Part shown: positions 12,091 through 24,782 of the stretch, one piece after another
Layout: every line of letters starts with the position of its first letter
Position numbering within the stretch: the stretch's first letter is position 1
Source of the DNA: Lepidodermella squamata
Taxonomy: Eukaryota > Animalia > Gastrotricha
Length of the DNA: 64,000 bases
Direction: 5' to 3'
Assembly (NCBI GenBank): GCA_047495785.1
Contig: JBLDXI010000033.1
Coordinates: 186,001-250,000 of the forward strand
The notes under the pieces: generated by a model
Databases searched by the model: none
Told to the model about the DNA's origin: nothing
Seen by the model: only the letters and a program-made list of their open reading frames with translations
Translations under genes and position numbers: made by a program

Positions 12091-15000
12091 TCGTCGTTGT
12101 CGGTTTGAAAGGGGCCGCAATATTTTTAATTAGCCCGCTTTCGTAGGTACTCATTTATTTTATTGATAAAATTGATATCACCATTTTTGTCTAACTGAGG
12201 CCTATCCATTGGTGACGATTGTGATTTCGTTATCACCTTTGGGTCCAGTTAAAACCGCAATTGGGCGAAATAACGGTTTATTGTTATTATGCCGACTCCA
12301 TCACATAGTTGCTATTATGTGTCGCGCGATGCCGCTCCCTCGGGATTCAGCGTGATTCTGCATTCCAATATAGCCAGTTTTACAAGAAAAAGGGTGTGTC
12401 ATAGATGATACATAGATTGAAATTCTTATTGTGGAGTTGCTCGTACGAGCGGCAGGCTTAGGGATAGCTCACACCTCACACCTCACCCACGAAAAATATA
12501 ATTCCTCTTAACAATTTCCTAAAATTTGATGAGCTCCATCTTTGGAAACTCAAGAAGCGCGAAAATAATTCATCGAAATCGAAATAGAGCTACAACTGAA
12601 AATACTACCAATATAATTAACCCTCAAATAAATTTTTCGTAGTCATGTCTACAAAATTTGTGCCGCTGCAATCGACGCATTTCTGACATGTCTGATAATA
12701 TCGAACTTCTCTAAATAATAAGCAAACCCAATACACGATGATTCAAGCATTTATTGTATTGGTGTTTTCACTTGCTTCAGCTCTTATTTCGGATGAAGAT
12801 GGATGGCATGCTTTCTTGGCCCCAACTGCTCTGTGCTGAGCAGTTTGGCGACGACCCTAAAAAGTCCGCTGAGGCATGCCTTAGCTATCTATCATCTAAG
12901 AGGCTGACTGAAACATACAGCCTGGACCACATTTTATTGTGCTATTAAACGCATCGCACTGAGGATGAATCCGGCCCCGGGTGATCTGTGAAGAGAACTT
13001 TGGCGACGACCCTAAAAAGTCCGCCGGCCTCAGTAAGATGCACCTTAGACGTCCAGAAATGTATATCGCTTACTCGAAAAGTTCGCTTTTTCATCAACTA
13101 ACTAGATGCTGAGATTGCAGCGCTGATTTCTTAATTTTTCCGGAAATTTAGTTCTTCTTTCGCAACGTTATATGGGATGATATTCGTTGTGGCTCTGTTT
13201 CAAGTCTGTATCAAATTTATGGGAAAATTATACCTGAAGAAAAGGGGATTTAGACATCTGCCACTTGTATTGAGCATATTATTATGGTGCTCGGTTAGAG
13301 GGGTTGTGATCTAGTGATACTCATGGTAAAAATTGTTTTCAATCGCTAATTAAGTCATATTAGCCTATTTTGTTGAGTTTCGACCAAGGAAGCTTCAGAG
13401 CTACTACTTTAAAATATAAACATTTGTCTGTAAAAAATTGCAGTTTGCATTTTCATCCGGTTCTTCCGCTAATGCATCTGACGGTATAAAATAAACCCTG
13501 GATTTAACCCTTTCTATTCACAACACAATGCCTGAAATAAGGACGTTAAATGAAGCTTATTCATTTGGTCATTCATTCTAACCCTTTCTATAGCTAGATA
13601 GTTAAGCGCCGATCACAACCCCGTAAAAAAGAGTGTGTATATTTGGATAAAAAAGGAATAAGATTTCGCGTTATTAAAGAATTCCCATGGGACTGCTTCA
13701 CGTCAGAATATAACAAACCATATTCCGCTGAGAACCAAGTGTGGCAAAAAAAACCAGTATGAGACAAAAAACAGCAAAAAACAGAAAACACAAGTTGAAA
13801 TAAAGAAAGCCGGATATTGATCAACGCCAGGCCTCCGGTAATTTAACCATTAACGTAATTTAACGTCGATTGTCTTAGCGCGAGGAAGACGATGGCCGGT
13901 TACAGGCAAAAAATGAAAAATCCACGTTGAAACATAACAATTTCACCTTTTTGCGAATATCTCGTGACATGCTGCAAGTCAAAAGTAGGTATAGTCTCAA
14001 AAAAGTCATTATACGGAACTGGTAGCACAAATTTAACACAACTACGGTAGTGCTACGGTAGCGCTACGGCGAGTGCTATTCCAGTGATAGAACAATATTT
14101 CGTAGCACTTTTGGGTGCTACGGCCAGCATGAAACTTTGAAGAACATCGAAAAAGCCATAGAGATCTGATTAATAAGAGAGGAAATCAGATTAATGTAGG
14201 TACATGGTACATGTAAGTGGCTGAACTTGCCCTTTGTATTCTAATCCATTTTCCTCAATGATTGTTAAACTTAAATTCTGTAATAATTTTTGATTGAATT
14301 AGGAAAATAAAATACAATACAATACAAACTGATGAAGAAAAACCTGTAAAAAATCATTTCGCATTTTTTCATTAAAGAGGAATTTTAATAATATTTGCCA
14401 CATCGAGCTTATGGGAAAACATCAAATTTAGTCATCGCAGGGGGCGTATGTTGGAACCTTCCTTATGTTGGATTAAGGTTTAAGGTTTAAGTTTTCGTCT
14501 CATTTCCAAAGGGATAGCTGTCATGTGCCCGAATGAAAAACACCCGAATGTCATGTAAGCGATGACATATACCCGAAAGCACTTGCACGAATGTACTAAC
14601 GCCCGAAAGCTAATTCCCGAATGACAAACACCCGAATGTCAAACACCCGAATATTTTTTTGGTACATAATCACTGAAACTGGGTGAAAATCAACATTTAA
14701 TACATCAGAGACGATTTTTGATCGATCCCGTGAATGAATTCGGCGGTAGCCGGGCAACCACTACTTGCATTTCTCTGACAAACGACCAGCATGTTTGGCG
14801 TCATCAGGCCGTACCGAAGGGTTCAGGTTCAGCGGCACAAATTCGCGTTCGAAGTTGATGGTTGGCTTTACGGCGCCGACAGGCACTGGGTGAATGCTGA
14901 CAATCAGCGGGTAACTTATCTCGTTTGTCAGAGAAATGCAAGTAGTGGTTGCGGCTACCGCGGAATTCATTCAATGGCTATAACTGTCTAAATAATGTCT

Positions 15001-18000
15001 ACGATCGATTAAACATTTTCTGGTTGTTTTTTTTTATTTTAAATTTCCATATTAATTGTAACGTTAATTAACGTCTAAATCATTCAATTAACGCCTAAAT
15101 CATCATCGCGTAAATCATTTTCCTTATTCCAATGTTAATTCACTATCAGTTTCGGTGATTTTATGTAACTAAAAAAATATTCGGGTGTTTGTCATTCGGG
15201 AATTCGCTTTCGGACGTTTGTCCTTTCGGGTATTAGCGTTCGGCTACGTGGGTTTCGGGTGAATGGCATTCGGTCATCTACCTTCGGGTACCTGACAATA
15301 CACCTTCCAAAGCAATCATTGTTGCATATTGGGACTCACCATGTTAATTTGCCCAATTTTATTTTGTTACGCTCAGGTCATTTGAGGTGAAGTAAGAAAT
15401 GAGGTCATTCAGGATTTTAGAGACATAAACAAAAATTCGTAATCATAATGGAAGGTATCAGGTTTTCATTGGGGTTTCAGCTAGTTGGGGATCATACTGA
15501 TTACAACATGTACATCTTCAAGGCACAAAATTAGCCGACTGGCTGCAGATCAGCTGCAGATTTCATGAATTTTAGGCCATTTTGGAAATGCCCAACTAAA
15601 TCTTTTGATGAGAGTAATGTAAGAAAATTCAAAATTCAGCAGAAGCTGAATTCACCTGAACAACAATAGTCAGGTATTGGCCATGAATTCTCCTTGTTAC
15701 CCAGTTACCCAGCTCAATGGCAAATTGAGAGAGAACTTTTGCCAATGCGCATTATAGTTCAAGAATACTTCTCGTGAGAACTAGAAATGACGAACTGAAT
15801 TGGCATGGTGCAGCAACGCGGCCGCGTTGTCTCACTGTTTCGTAACAATGGGTTGTCCCTTTTTTCCAGGATATATCTACTGATGAAATGATTTTAAAAT
15901 TATTTCAAATTCAAGCGTAGAGGTTCGCCCAAGTTCTTATAATTAATGATCGTTGCCTCGTTGACATGGCTCATGGTCTCAGCGGTGTTTGTGAGAAGCC
16001 ATTATAATTCAGTCGGTTCATCGTTGGCGGAAGATTTTTTCATCAATATTCAAAAGAAAATTGTCCGCGGCCCTGATCGTTCAGCCTTGCCTCCGGTAGG
16101 CCGTCGAGATTCTAAGCGTATATATCGACCTCGAAAGATTTTTGCTGTAACACTGAATGATTTATTATTGTTGATTTTAGCGAATATCGTTTACATTCCT
16201 GAGATTGCCCCACGTGGGGCCGAAACTTTGAGCTCACCTGTAAACAATGCTCAGCGCCAAATGTCCCGGTTTATTTTATAAGTCGACAGCTTATGGTGTC
16301 AACTACTGCTGGTAAATTTTTTAGAGCAATCGGCTTTCAGGTTGACCGGGAATAAGGGGGTCCCAAATCGACGTTAAATTACGTTAATGGTTAAATTACC
16401 GGAGGCCTGGCGTTGATCAATATCCGGCTTTCTTTATTTCAACTTGTGTTTTCTGTTTTTTGCTGTTTTTTGTCTCATACTGGTTTTTTTTGCCACACTT
16501 GGTTCTCAGCGGAATATGGTTTGTTATATTCTGACGTGAAGCAGTCCCATGGGAATTCTTTAATAACGCGAAATCTTATTCCTTTTTTATCCAAATATAC
16601 ACACTCTTTTTTACGGGGTTGTGATCGGCGCTTAACTATCTAGCTATAGAAAGGGTTAGAATGAATGACCAAATGAATAAGCTTCATTTAACGTCCTTAT
16701 TTCAGGCATTGTGTTGTGAATAGAAAGGGTTAAATCCAGGGTTTATTTTATACCGTCAGATGCATTAGCGGAAGAACCGGATGAAAATGCAAACTGCAAT
16801 TTTTTACAGACAAATGTTTATATTTTAAAGTAGTAGCTCTGAAGCTTCCTTGGTCGAAACTCAACAAAATAGGCTAATATGACTTAATTAGCGATTGAAA
16901 ACAATTTTTACCATGAGTATCACTAGATCACAACCCCTCTAACCGAGCACCATAATAATATGCTCAATACAAGTGGCAGATGTCTAAATCCCCTTTTCTT
17001 CAGGTATAATTTTCCCATAAATTTGATACAGACTTGAAACAGAGCCACAACGAATATCATCCCATATAACGTTGCGAAAGAAGAACTAAATTTCCGGAAA
17101 AATTAAGAAATCAGCGCTGCAATCTCAGCATCTAGTTAGTTGATGAAAAAGCGAACTTTTCGAGTAAGCGATATACATTTCTGGACGTCTAAGGTGCATC
17201 TTACTGAGGCCGGCGGACTTTTTAGGGTCGTCGCCAAAGTTCTCTTCACAGATCACCCGGGGCCGGATTCATCCTCAGTGCGATGCGTTTAATAGCACAA
17301 TAAAATGTGGTCCAGGCTGTATGTTTCAGTCAGCCTCTTAGATGATAGATAGCTAAGGCATGCCTCAGCGGACTTTTTAGGGTCGTCGCCAAACTGCTCA
17401 GCACAGAGCAGTTGGGGCCAAGAAAGCATGCCATCCATCTTCATCCGAAATAAGAGCTGAAGCAAGTGAAAACACCAATACAATAAATGCTTGAATCATC
17501 GTGTATTGGGTTTGCTTATTATTTAGAGAAGTTCGATATTATCAGACATGTCAGAAATGCGTCGATTGCAGCGGCACAAATTTTGTAGACATGACTACGA
17601 AAAATTTATTTGAGGGTTAATTATATTGGTAGTATTTTCAGTTGTAGCTCTATTTCGATTTCGATGAATTATTTTCGCGCTTCTTGAGTTTCCAAAGATG
17701 GAGCTCATCAAATTTTAGGAAATTGTTAAGAGGAATTATATTTTTCGTGGGTGAGGTGTGAGGTGTGAGCTATCCCTAAGCCTGCCGCTCGTACGAGCAA
17801 CTCCACAATAAGAATTTCAATCTATGTATCATCTATGACACACCCTTTTTCTTGTAAAACTGGCTATATTGGAATGCAGAATCACGCTGAATCCCGAGGG
17901 AGCGGCATCGCGCGACACATAATAGCAACTATGTGATGGAGTCGGCATAATAACAATAAACCGTTATTTCGCCCAATTGCGGTTTTAACTGGACCCAAAG

Positions 18001-18146
18001 GTGATAACGAAATCACAATCGTCACCAATGGATAGGCCTCAGTTAGACAAAAATGGTGATATCAATTTTATCAATAAAATAAATGAGTACCTACGAAAGC
18101 GGGCTAATTAAAAATATTGCGGCCCCTTTCAAACCGACAACGACGA
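12091..18146. mobile_element. 6,056-bp foldback-type element / giant inverted repeat (arms 12091-13871 and 16366-18146; spacer 2,494 bp)
   Basis: Equal-length 1,781-bp arms. Mirrored identical ORFs (12754+/17483-, 13594-/16413+). No mismatch in the segments compared by eye. ATTT directly repeated at 12088-12091 and 18146-18149. Confidence 0.85.
14512..15304. mobile_element. MULE-like non-autonomous element with 8-bp TSD (TTCCAAAG), CCCGAA subterminal repeats and a FLYWCH/WRKY-like zinc-finger remnant
   Basis: TTCCAAAG at 14504-14511 and 15305-15312. Arrays of CCCGAA(T) on the left and (A)TTCGGG on the right. Internal ORF DGWLYG...TYLVCQRNASSGC. Confidence 0.65.
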
Positions 18147-18383
18147 TTTATTCAGTGATCGAAACAGATCGAGAAGTTCTAACGGCTTGTCGAACAAATT
18201 TTTCCATTTGTTCGGTGAATGCAGGTTTCGCGTTTTTTTTAGTTGATGTTTGTGAGAAAACCAGCCGAGGAATTGCTGCTCCGTTAGATCCTAGATTTTT
18301 TACTTTTCCATTTCATTTATTTCATAATGATTTTGACAATTTTATTGACCAGTTGTTCACCTCTAAAATTTTTATAATCCCAG

Positions 18384-19184
18384 AAATCGCCTCGAAGCTC
18401 GACGCTATTCGAAGCCAGCGTCCGCCTGGACGTGGCCGCTATTTCGACTGCGAATCGCTAAAATCTGCGATGAAACGGCTGATTTCAGTCGGAAACCTCC
18501 CGATGACCAGCGGATCGAATGAAGAAATCACTTTCCTATTCGTCCTCTACGAACTAACTCTGCACGCGAAACAGTGCCCAGGTGGCTGTCGACCTCTCTA
18601 CGACGCTGGTCTAATGCGAATCTTCAAGCAGATTCCACTGATCAAGCGCCTGTTTTCGGCTGATTTCAACTTTTTGAAAATGACCTTCTTCGAAACTATG
18701 GTGATGCAACTCGTTTTCGCATTGCTCGGCAATTTGATGCCACCTGATACGGAAACAGTCGACTTGCGAGACCAGGCGATGCGTGACCTGGTCACTACGC
18801 CCGGTTTTGTCGATTTCATGTGCTCACTCGGCCGGCAAATGGCGAGGCGAGATGGAAGACGGCTTCTATCCCTATCCCCGATTCATCATTTCATCTTGGA
18901 GGGTTACATCGCCTTGATGATTCCGCTAGACGACAGTCCGGCGATGCGGGAGCGTTTTGTGAAGGGCCACATGCCGTTGTGTGATCCAACTTTTGCGGTA
19001 TACATGATGGTGACGGCGTTTTGTTCGTCTCCAGTGATTGCAGCGGAAGTGAAGCATCCGCTTGGAATGGCGATGGCGAGGCTGGGAAATTTGACGGATG
19101 AATGCGCGAAATGGTACATGGATCCGTGGCGAAAGGCTTCAAAAGCTGAGCTTGGAAACGCGATTGCCATTGCTTCGAATCTAG
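18384..19184 (+). CDS. G3 exon B
   Basis: Acceptor atcccag|AA and donor CTAG|gtaaat. 801 nt. Conserved core motifs present. Confidence 0.85.
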
Positions 19185-19363
19185 GTAAATGTTTTTAATT
19201 TAATTTTGCCGCCTGAGAAATTTGTAAGATAGGACCCGCACCAAGAGGTTTCGGACACGAAAACTTGAAGTCAGACTACTAAAGGACAAAGTAAATGATT
19301 AACCAGCAGTACTTGAATTTATTAAACCCCTAGGCATAAACATCATAACATATTTTATTTTAT

Positions 19364-19582
19364 TTATCCGTCAGCCGAGTGTAGTGCTGTGGCGATCGGC
19401 TTAGCCAACTTCCAGCCTTGAATTTCATTTGCTTTGCAAATTGGGATGGTTTCGAATGCTGCTTGCTTTACAGCTTGCACTATTGCCTCCAGGTACTCAT
19501 CGATTTTTGTTGTGAGTCTCCCGGCTGAGGAATTTTGGGATCGGCAAGTTCGCGTAGCCAGTACGCTTCCTGAATATTTCAT
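19364..19582 (-). mobile_element. Probable LINE ORF2 linker remnant
   Basis: IDEYLEAIVQAVKQAAFETIP...GW pattern resembles the post-endonuclease linker of CR1/L2-type LINEs. Confidence 0.35.
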
Positions 19583-19850
19583 TTCTACACTAACTGGAAT
19601 AGATTTATTACCAAAAAATATTTTGTCGAGGCACCGAAAGCCCTGCCGCTTTTCTCAATTGTAGCCCTGATGTCGCTTTTTGAAGCTCCATCCGAAGCAA
19701 TTATGCTACCTTAATATGTGAAACTGCTGACTTCTTCTAATCTTTCGCTGTAAATAACTTGCCCCTTGGCGAATGAAAGCAAATGAGAAAAGATGTTAAA
19801 GTGGAATCAGTGGGTTGAAATAGTAACCTAAGATAATTTGTTGAGTAAAA

Positions 19851-20513
19851 TCAGTGGTCGTCATCAGAGTCGCTAGGGTTGTTCTGATGTGCACCTGAGT
19901 AGATAGTGACCAAGTTGAAGCATAGTGCTATGGCACGCAAGTAGTCGAGAACTAGACGGGTGCCAAACTGCGGGACTAGCTGCTTCAGGCGGCTGTTGAG
20001 ACGCTCGTAGACAACGTTCATGGCTCGCTGAATCGGCAGTCCGGCACTGAGCTGTTGCAGCAACTTCTCCGTCCAACTCTGTTTTGGGCGAAGTAATGAA
20101 GCGAAAGATGACAGGGTGGACGCCGAAAGTTCGGAGAATGGCGAAGTGTTAACCTTCCAACCCAGCTTCCAACCTGGGCAGGCGAGCTGCGATGCAATCG
20201 CATTGGTTCCATTGATCTGCCGGGTAGTTGTGAACAACAGCGACGCCATGAGTTGTCCGACATCAGTATTCAGTTGGCAAGCCCCGCCTCTCGATCTCAG
20301 TTCAACGTGTTCGCTGAAATAAGCCTCGTTGGGCTTCAAAGCGAGTTTCAGCGTGATAAAGCCGGCGACGACAAGTTTTATCAAAGCGATTTTCCGCAAT
20401 GAATTCGATGCCGGGCGTTGGTAAAACCTTGGACGTGATCTTTTCCCTAACCGTAGCCGTTCTATGACCAGGCCCGAGCTTTGAATCCGATTGCACCCCA
20501 ACTTGCGGAACAA
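19851..20513 (-). mobile_element. Possible P-element-like transposase C-terminal remnant
   Basis: 220-aa ORF containing RSRGG, inside an intron. Weak motif only. Confidence 0.25.
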
Positions 20514-21742
20514 TTATCGACATAGTAAGTAATTATCGGGTGTAGCAGCAGCGTCTGTGTAGTTAAGCTACGTCACGTGGCTTGAATGGGTTGACAGACT
20601 AATGTTTTTTGAAGTCGATTTTATTTCGCTGTATTTTTTCGACCGCTTGCATATACGACGCGGCCTGAAGCATCTCTCTTCTTCTTTGAGTCGCTCGATC
20701 AGGCACCAATGATTCTGATGAGCCGTCTTGGCTCGCCGATTTAATTTCGCTTTGAATCCTTCAGAGCATTCCGAGTAATCAAGGCTTAGCTATTCACTAA
20801 TAATTGCGCATGTTGGGTATTACCGATAAGATAGAATAAAAGAAGGCTGTTCCAGAAAAACCCTCCAAAGTGTCGCGAACAAATCGCTTAAGACCGCATG
20901 AGTATAAGGGTATAAGAGGATACAAGAGGATATAAGAGTAGATAACAGTATATGGGAAATATTGGGAATATAAATGGGCATGAAATTTTAATAGGTATTA
21001 TTGGTTCGCTGGAAATGTCGCTTGTTTTCCAGCTCTGAGTTACAAAAAAATGAAATATTCATCGCAACAAAACTTCATGATAGACTGCATTGATGGTGTT
21101 TTGATTTTTTATCATAATTAACGAAAGAAATTAAATTACGCGGATCCCTAAAAATGACGAGGAAGAGCATGGACCACGATAAAGTATCTCACCGGAGCTA
21201 CCTTGAATTAATTAGGGATCATAAACAAAATCAATGAAATAAGATTGTATGACACGAGGTTATCGCATCTTCAATTTGCACTCACTCGCAGTTCGCTCCA
21301 TCGTCTTTAATTTCCATTTTGGCACGATGGGGATGCTCAAAGGTCCAATCATGGACGATTGCCGATGGCCAATTGTTCCCTAGGAGCCGTTGCTTTTCGA
21401 AGTGCTTTTCACAATTGTCCGGTCAGAATCTCGAAGAGTCTTCAGTTCCGTTTCAGTTCCGTTTCATAATCCGTTTTACATTTTGTTGTTGAAGAAAATA
21501 AATAAGTTGGAGTAAACCTTAAGAAAAGGGTCATTTCCCATGTGGAAAATTACCGATTTTCAGCTCGCCGCGATTTCCGGTCAGATGAGCAGTCTAAGGA
21601 GACTGCTCTTATATTAAAAAAATGAATGCGCTCCTTCTGTGTTTAAGTTGAGTTGGAGTTGAATGAGAGACATAAAAATGCTTAGGCTAAATAGACCTAA
21701 TTAATACCACCCTATTATTTCTGATTGATCTTTCAATTTTAG

Positions 21743-22245
21743 GTCATTTCATGTATTTCCTGGCTCGAGAAACCGACTGCGCGTTCTTCATGACCCCAAC
21801 GCTGTTTTGGCGAGTCGCTACCGAGGACAGAAAAATCGCTGAAGCCTGCGTCAAACAACCCGAATTCGCGTTGTACATCGCCAGAAATTTGCCCGGCGTT
21901 ATTCGCGATTTCAAGCGCGAACCTCGAAACTTTTTCTACCGAAATGATATTTTTGGCTCGTTCAACCTGCTCCTGCAAATCGTGGCTTATACGAACAAAT
22001 TGGATTCGTTTTGGGAATCGGAGCCAGTCTACTGCGGCCTGAAAGGCAGTTTCATCGAGGAGATGTGTTCTTTCCTGAAAATCGCGAAATTTTCACCCGG
22101 CAGGCTGCTTCCGGAAGATCTCGAATTTTTGGAAAAATTGTCGCGAAGTGGCGGTGCTGCGATGATGGCTTTGTCATTGGCTTCAAAGAAATTCGATCGG
22201 GAAATTTCGTCAATCATCAAGAAAGAAGATTTAATGTCGCAATAA
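21743..22245 (+). CDS. G3 exon C (terminal); spliced G3 = 611 aa
   Basis: Acceptor aattttag|GT CAT TTC ATG gives GHFMYFLARE. 532+801+503=1836 nt. Confidence 0.85.
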
Positions 22246-22354
22246 TTTGTTATCATTCAAACTTTTATAAGTGGCGCAATTTACAAGCAGAATATTTTCC
22301 TTATATTTCAAATAAAATTAAACATTAAAATTGTTATTTTTTAGGCGATTGAAA

Positions 22355-22889
22355 ATGAAATTATTCGAAACTTTATTTGGTAAATTTGAGTATGGTGAAC
22401 AAGTCACGTCATCATTTTGGGACGGTGATGAAACCTTGAATCTACTCTCCGACCTCAAATCAGCCGATGATGTGCGGAAATTACATAAGAAAATTCGAGT
22501 CGAGCTGAACGGTGGCGAAAAACTGGCCGAAGAAGTCACTGCCCGGCAGGAAGAACGCCGATTGGCGGGTAACAAATTGTATGAAGCTGAGCAGTATGAA
22601 GAAGCCCTTGAAACGTACAAATCAGCAATTTGCTCCGCTGATTGGCCACCGCCTGAAGATTCTCGTTTTTACACGAATGCGTCGATGTGTTGCATTCAGC
22701 TCGAACGATATGAGGAAGCAATAATTTATTCGAAATTGGTGCTCCAAATCAACGATAAGGCGTTTAAAGCCTGCCAACTTTGCGCTATGGCCTTCATGCA
22801 TCTAGGCTATGATGAATTGGCTGTTGGACATATTAACGGTTTGCGCCAGCTGATGGGCGATTCCCGGAAAAGTACAGAAATGTACATAG
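22355..22889 (+). CDS. G4 exon A (TPR domain)
   Basis: MKLFETLFGKFEYG...GNKLYEAEQYEEALETYKSAI. Donor ATAG|gtaaga. Confidence 0.85.
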
Positions 22890-22918
22890 GTAAGATTATT
22901 TGCCCCTATTTGCACATA

Positions 22919-23309
22919 CAGCGCGTCCCAGAAGTTGCGCAACTATTTTTAAATTTGGGAAATTTTTGTAGGAAATCAAAGTAATTTCATCAAATTAAAC
23001 CTACCGAGAGAATATTCTATCTTCTATCCACGATTTAGCCGGAGAAATAGAAAAATTTCCGGAGAAAGCCCGGAAAACCCCGATGGTAACTGGTTCGGTA
23101 ATTTTCGGTATTTTACCCGGTTGGACAGAATTTCTCCGGAATTTTTCAATCCCATTGACAAGTGACGTACTTGATATCTAATCTCGTGATTTTTTGATTT
23201 TTTTCTCGAATTTTTTTTGGCCATGAGATGTGACTTGGTCTCTCATTTTAGAGTTTCTGAACCCTTTGCCGTTTATTTTCTTTCCTTGCGTTACTTATGG
23301 GACACGCTG
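22919..23309. mobile_element. Tc1/mariner-type MITE
   Basis: TA|CAGCGCGTCCCAGAAGTTGCGCAA ... TTGCGTTACTTATGGGACACGCTG|TA. Confidence 0.7.
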
Positions 23310-23450
23310 TATTTATGTGGTACTTATAACCTATTTGTTTATTTTTTACTAAACCTAACCCTAACCCTAACCAGGAATGTCCAGAAAATTCGTGAAATAA
23401 TAAAGTTCAATTTAAAATTTTGTTGAAATATATCCCATAATTATTTAAAA

Positions 23451-23907
23451 GTGAAAAGTGGAGTTTGGCGAAATTTCTGACATGGTGATATTTGATGCCA
23501 CTTGTAAGATCAATGGACGAGGAGTCGAACGATTCAAAAAGAGGTTGATAGTTATCAAGGTTGCTGAGGAAATGGGCATCAAAGTTTATGGGTGAAAATT
23601 GCTAATTTTGAAAAATAAAAAATTCAGTTTTTTATTACAACAAATGAAAATTCGTCGCGCAATAATTCTGATGCTTTTGTCTTTTGTGCACTGTCGAGCT
23701 TTTATAGGGTAATCTGAGGTAAAAAATCTTGCTACATATTCAACAATTTGATCGAATCATCATTCTAGTGCCTCAACGTCAACCTAAATCGATTAGCCTT
23801 TTCGAAGACACACTGGGGTCTCTCGTCTATGGGGGTGAATTGGAGCCTCCTAGAGAAAATGTGAATACAGAAAAATACAGCAAAATACGCAAAATCCCAC
23901 TTTTCAC
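23451..23907. mobile_element. MITE, same family as 144-756
   Basis: GTGAAAAGTGG...CCACTTTTCAC termini and internal similarity to 155-480. Confidence 0.55.
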
Positions 23908-23981
23908 TTGTCAACAAGCGTTCAAACATTGGGCATTTCGCATTTTATTTCCAATTATTGAAAATTTTTGTAAAATTTCAG

Positions 23982-24782
23982 AGCTCTTCAGAAAATGCGA
24001 ATCGATCCAAATCCATCGCCGCCCCGTCCGTCAGAAATTCTGCGACCACGAATCGATGAAAGCCGCCATAAAACGGCTGATTTCACTCGGCAATTCGCCG
24101 ATGAACAATGGATCTCCAGAGCAAACCACGTTTTTATTCTTGCTCTACGAACTTCACGGCTACGCGAAGCAATATCCTTGTGGCGCCCGGCCTTTGTACG
24201 ACGCCGGGCTGATGCGGATTTTCAAACAAATTCCGTTCATCAAGCGATTGTTTTCTCCTGAAATCGATTTTATGAAAATGTCGTTTTTCGAGACAATGGT
24301 TATGCAGCTTGTTTTCTTCCTGTTGCAGTTTCTTATTCCGCCAACGACTAAAGATCTCGATCTCCGAAACATGGCTATGCGTGATTTGTTTACCACGCCG
24401 AATTTCATCGAATTCATGTGCGAATTCGGCCGGCAAATGGCGAAACGGAGTGGCATTCGATTGCTGACCATCTCCCCGATTCATCGCCTGATTTTGAACA
24501 GATTTGTCATTCTAATGGTGCCGCTTGATGACAGTCCTGTTATGCGGGAGCGGTTCGTTAGAGGTCACTACCCGCTGTGTGATCCAAGTTATAGCGTTCA
24601 CATGTGGATTGCGGGGTTTTGTTCGTCGCCTGAGTTGCTGATTGAGGATGGCCATCCGTACGGCATGGCGCTGGGTAGGCTGGGAAATCTATCGAATGAG
24701 TGCTGGGAATGGTGGTTGGAACCGTGGCGGAAAGCGTCGAAAGCCGAACTTGGCAACGCGATTGCTATCACTTCAATTTTAG
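23982..24782 (+). CDS. G4 exon B
   Basis: Acceptor aatttcag|AG and donor TTAG|gtattt. 801 nt. Confidence 0.85.

Noticed and set aside
14521-14660. Regularly spaced CCCGAA repeats resembling a CRISPR or iteron array
   Set aside because: The units are 6-8 bp, mirrored at 15180-15290 as transposon subterminal repeats. The context is eukaryotic and there are no cas genes.
12754-17483. Identical small ORF pairs (64 aa and 76 aa) on opposite strands
   Set aside because: A by-product of the inverted repeat; no recognisable protein features.
18083-18383. N-terminal extensions of long ORFs (also 2102-2240 and 23729-23981) and C-terminal read-throughs (35902-36284, 45845-46095)
   Set aside because: They lie outside the conserved splice sites, are not shared among paralogs and overlap repeats. 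They are intronic ORF-finder artefacts.
20715-20745. CTGATGA plus hairpin (also at 3790-3822 on the minus strand) as extra hammerheads
   Set aside because: The first lacks GAAA after stem II and the second lacks stem II.
23351-23372. (CCCTAA)n telomere-like repeats (also GGGTTA-like at 51195-51235)
   Set aside because: Only 3-5 degenerate units, common inside invertebrate non-autonomous elements; not a telomere.
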